From Dictyostelium discoideum (lineage: Eukaryota): DNA of 64,000 nt. The notes below the pieces were generated by a model. That model was given only the letters and a program-made list of their open reading frames with translations. It made no database searches and was not told the DNA's origin. The position numbers were made by a program, and so were the translations under genes. The DNA lies in the NCBI GenBank assembly GCA_000004695.1, contig CM000154.2, positions 1,856,001 to 1,920,000 of the forward strand, given 5' to 3'. How positions within the stretch are numbered: position 1 is the stretch's first letter; the number at the start of each line of letters is the position of its first letter. Shown one piece after another: positions 63,960 to 64,000 of the stretch.

Positions 63960-64000
63960 TAACTGTCACTGTGGGTTTTCTACACAATAATAATGTATAT

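Overview
The window is extremely AT-rich (roughly 75-80% A+T). It has poly-Asn/Gln/Ser coding tracts, short GTAAGT...AG introns and very A/T-rich intergenic DNA. This matches a Dictyostelium-type social-amoeba nuclear chromosome, so I modelled genes as eukaryotic (introns, no operons, no CRISPR). The 6-frame track shows 'M' for TTG at several false starts, and real starts sit in small upstream exons that I mapped by hand.

Genes recognised, left to right:
- Two tandem, same-strand, diverged IPT/TIG-repeat cell-surface glycoprotein genes (Tgr/'tiger'-like). Each has a short signal-peptide first exon, a Ser/Pro/Thr-rich stalk and a hydrophobic C-terminal tail.
- A tandemly duplicated about 1.35 kb unit. 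Each copy carries a two-exon gene for a small multi-pass membrane protein with an acidic tail, plus conserved upstream non-coding blocks.
- Glutamate decarboxylase (2 exons).
- Choline-transporter-like SLC44 protein (2 exons).
- SLY1/SCFD1 Sec1-family protein (5 exons; one intron is a pure (AAT)n tract).
- PrpD 2-methylcitrate dehydratase.
- Queuosine-salvage DUF2419/QNG1-like protein (3 exons).
- An orphan low-complexity protein of about 1165 aa (2 exons).
- A small 3-exon roadblock-like gene that the ORF track misses.
- Cdk5-like kinase (2 exons).
- A zinc-type alcohol dehydrogenase/quinone oxidoreductase-family (MDR) protein.
- A myotubularin phosphatase with an unusual PX-PH-GRAM-PTP architecture.
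- A small secreted/GPI-type protein.
- A frameshifted ORF with codon usage atypical for this genome.
- Peroxisomal-type acyl-CoA oxidase.
- An N/Q-rich protein with two globular islands.
- An NDR/LATS-family AGC kinase (5 exons, one about 570 bp intron).
- DMAP1/SWC4 SANT-domain protein.
- COQ8/ADCK (ABC1) atypical kinase.

Non-genic structure:
- A rearranged local duplication that carries a PrpD 3'-end pseudo-fragment.
- A roughly 1 kb non-coding segmental duplication. One copy contains an 80 bp perfect palindrome.
- Tandem about 120 bp repeats that each carry a hairpin.
- Two N-gaps with low-quality flanks, inside an 8 kb gene-poor stretch.
- Several GC-enriched non-coding islands (candidate ncRNAs), one of them inside the long NDR-kinase intron.
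- A 14-mer shared by three promoters at a fixed distance from the ATG.
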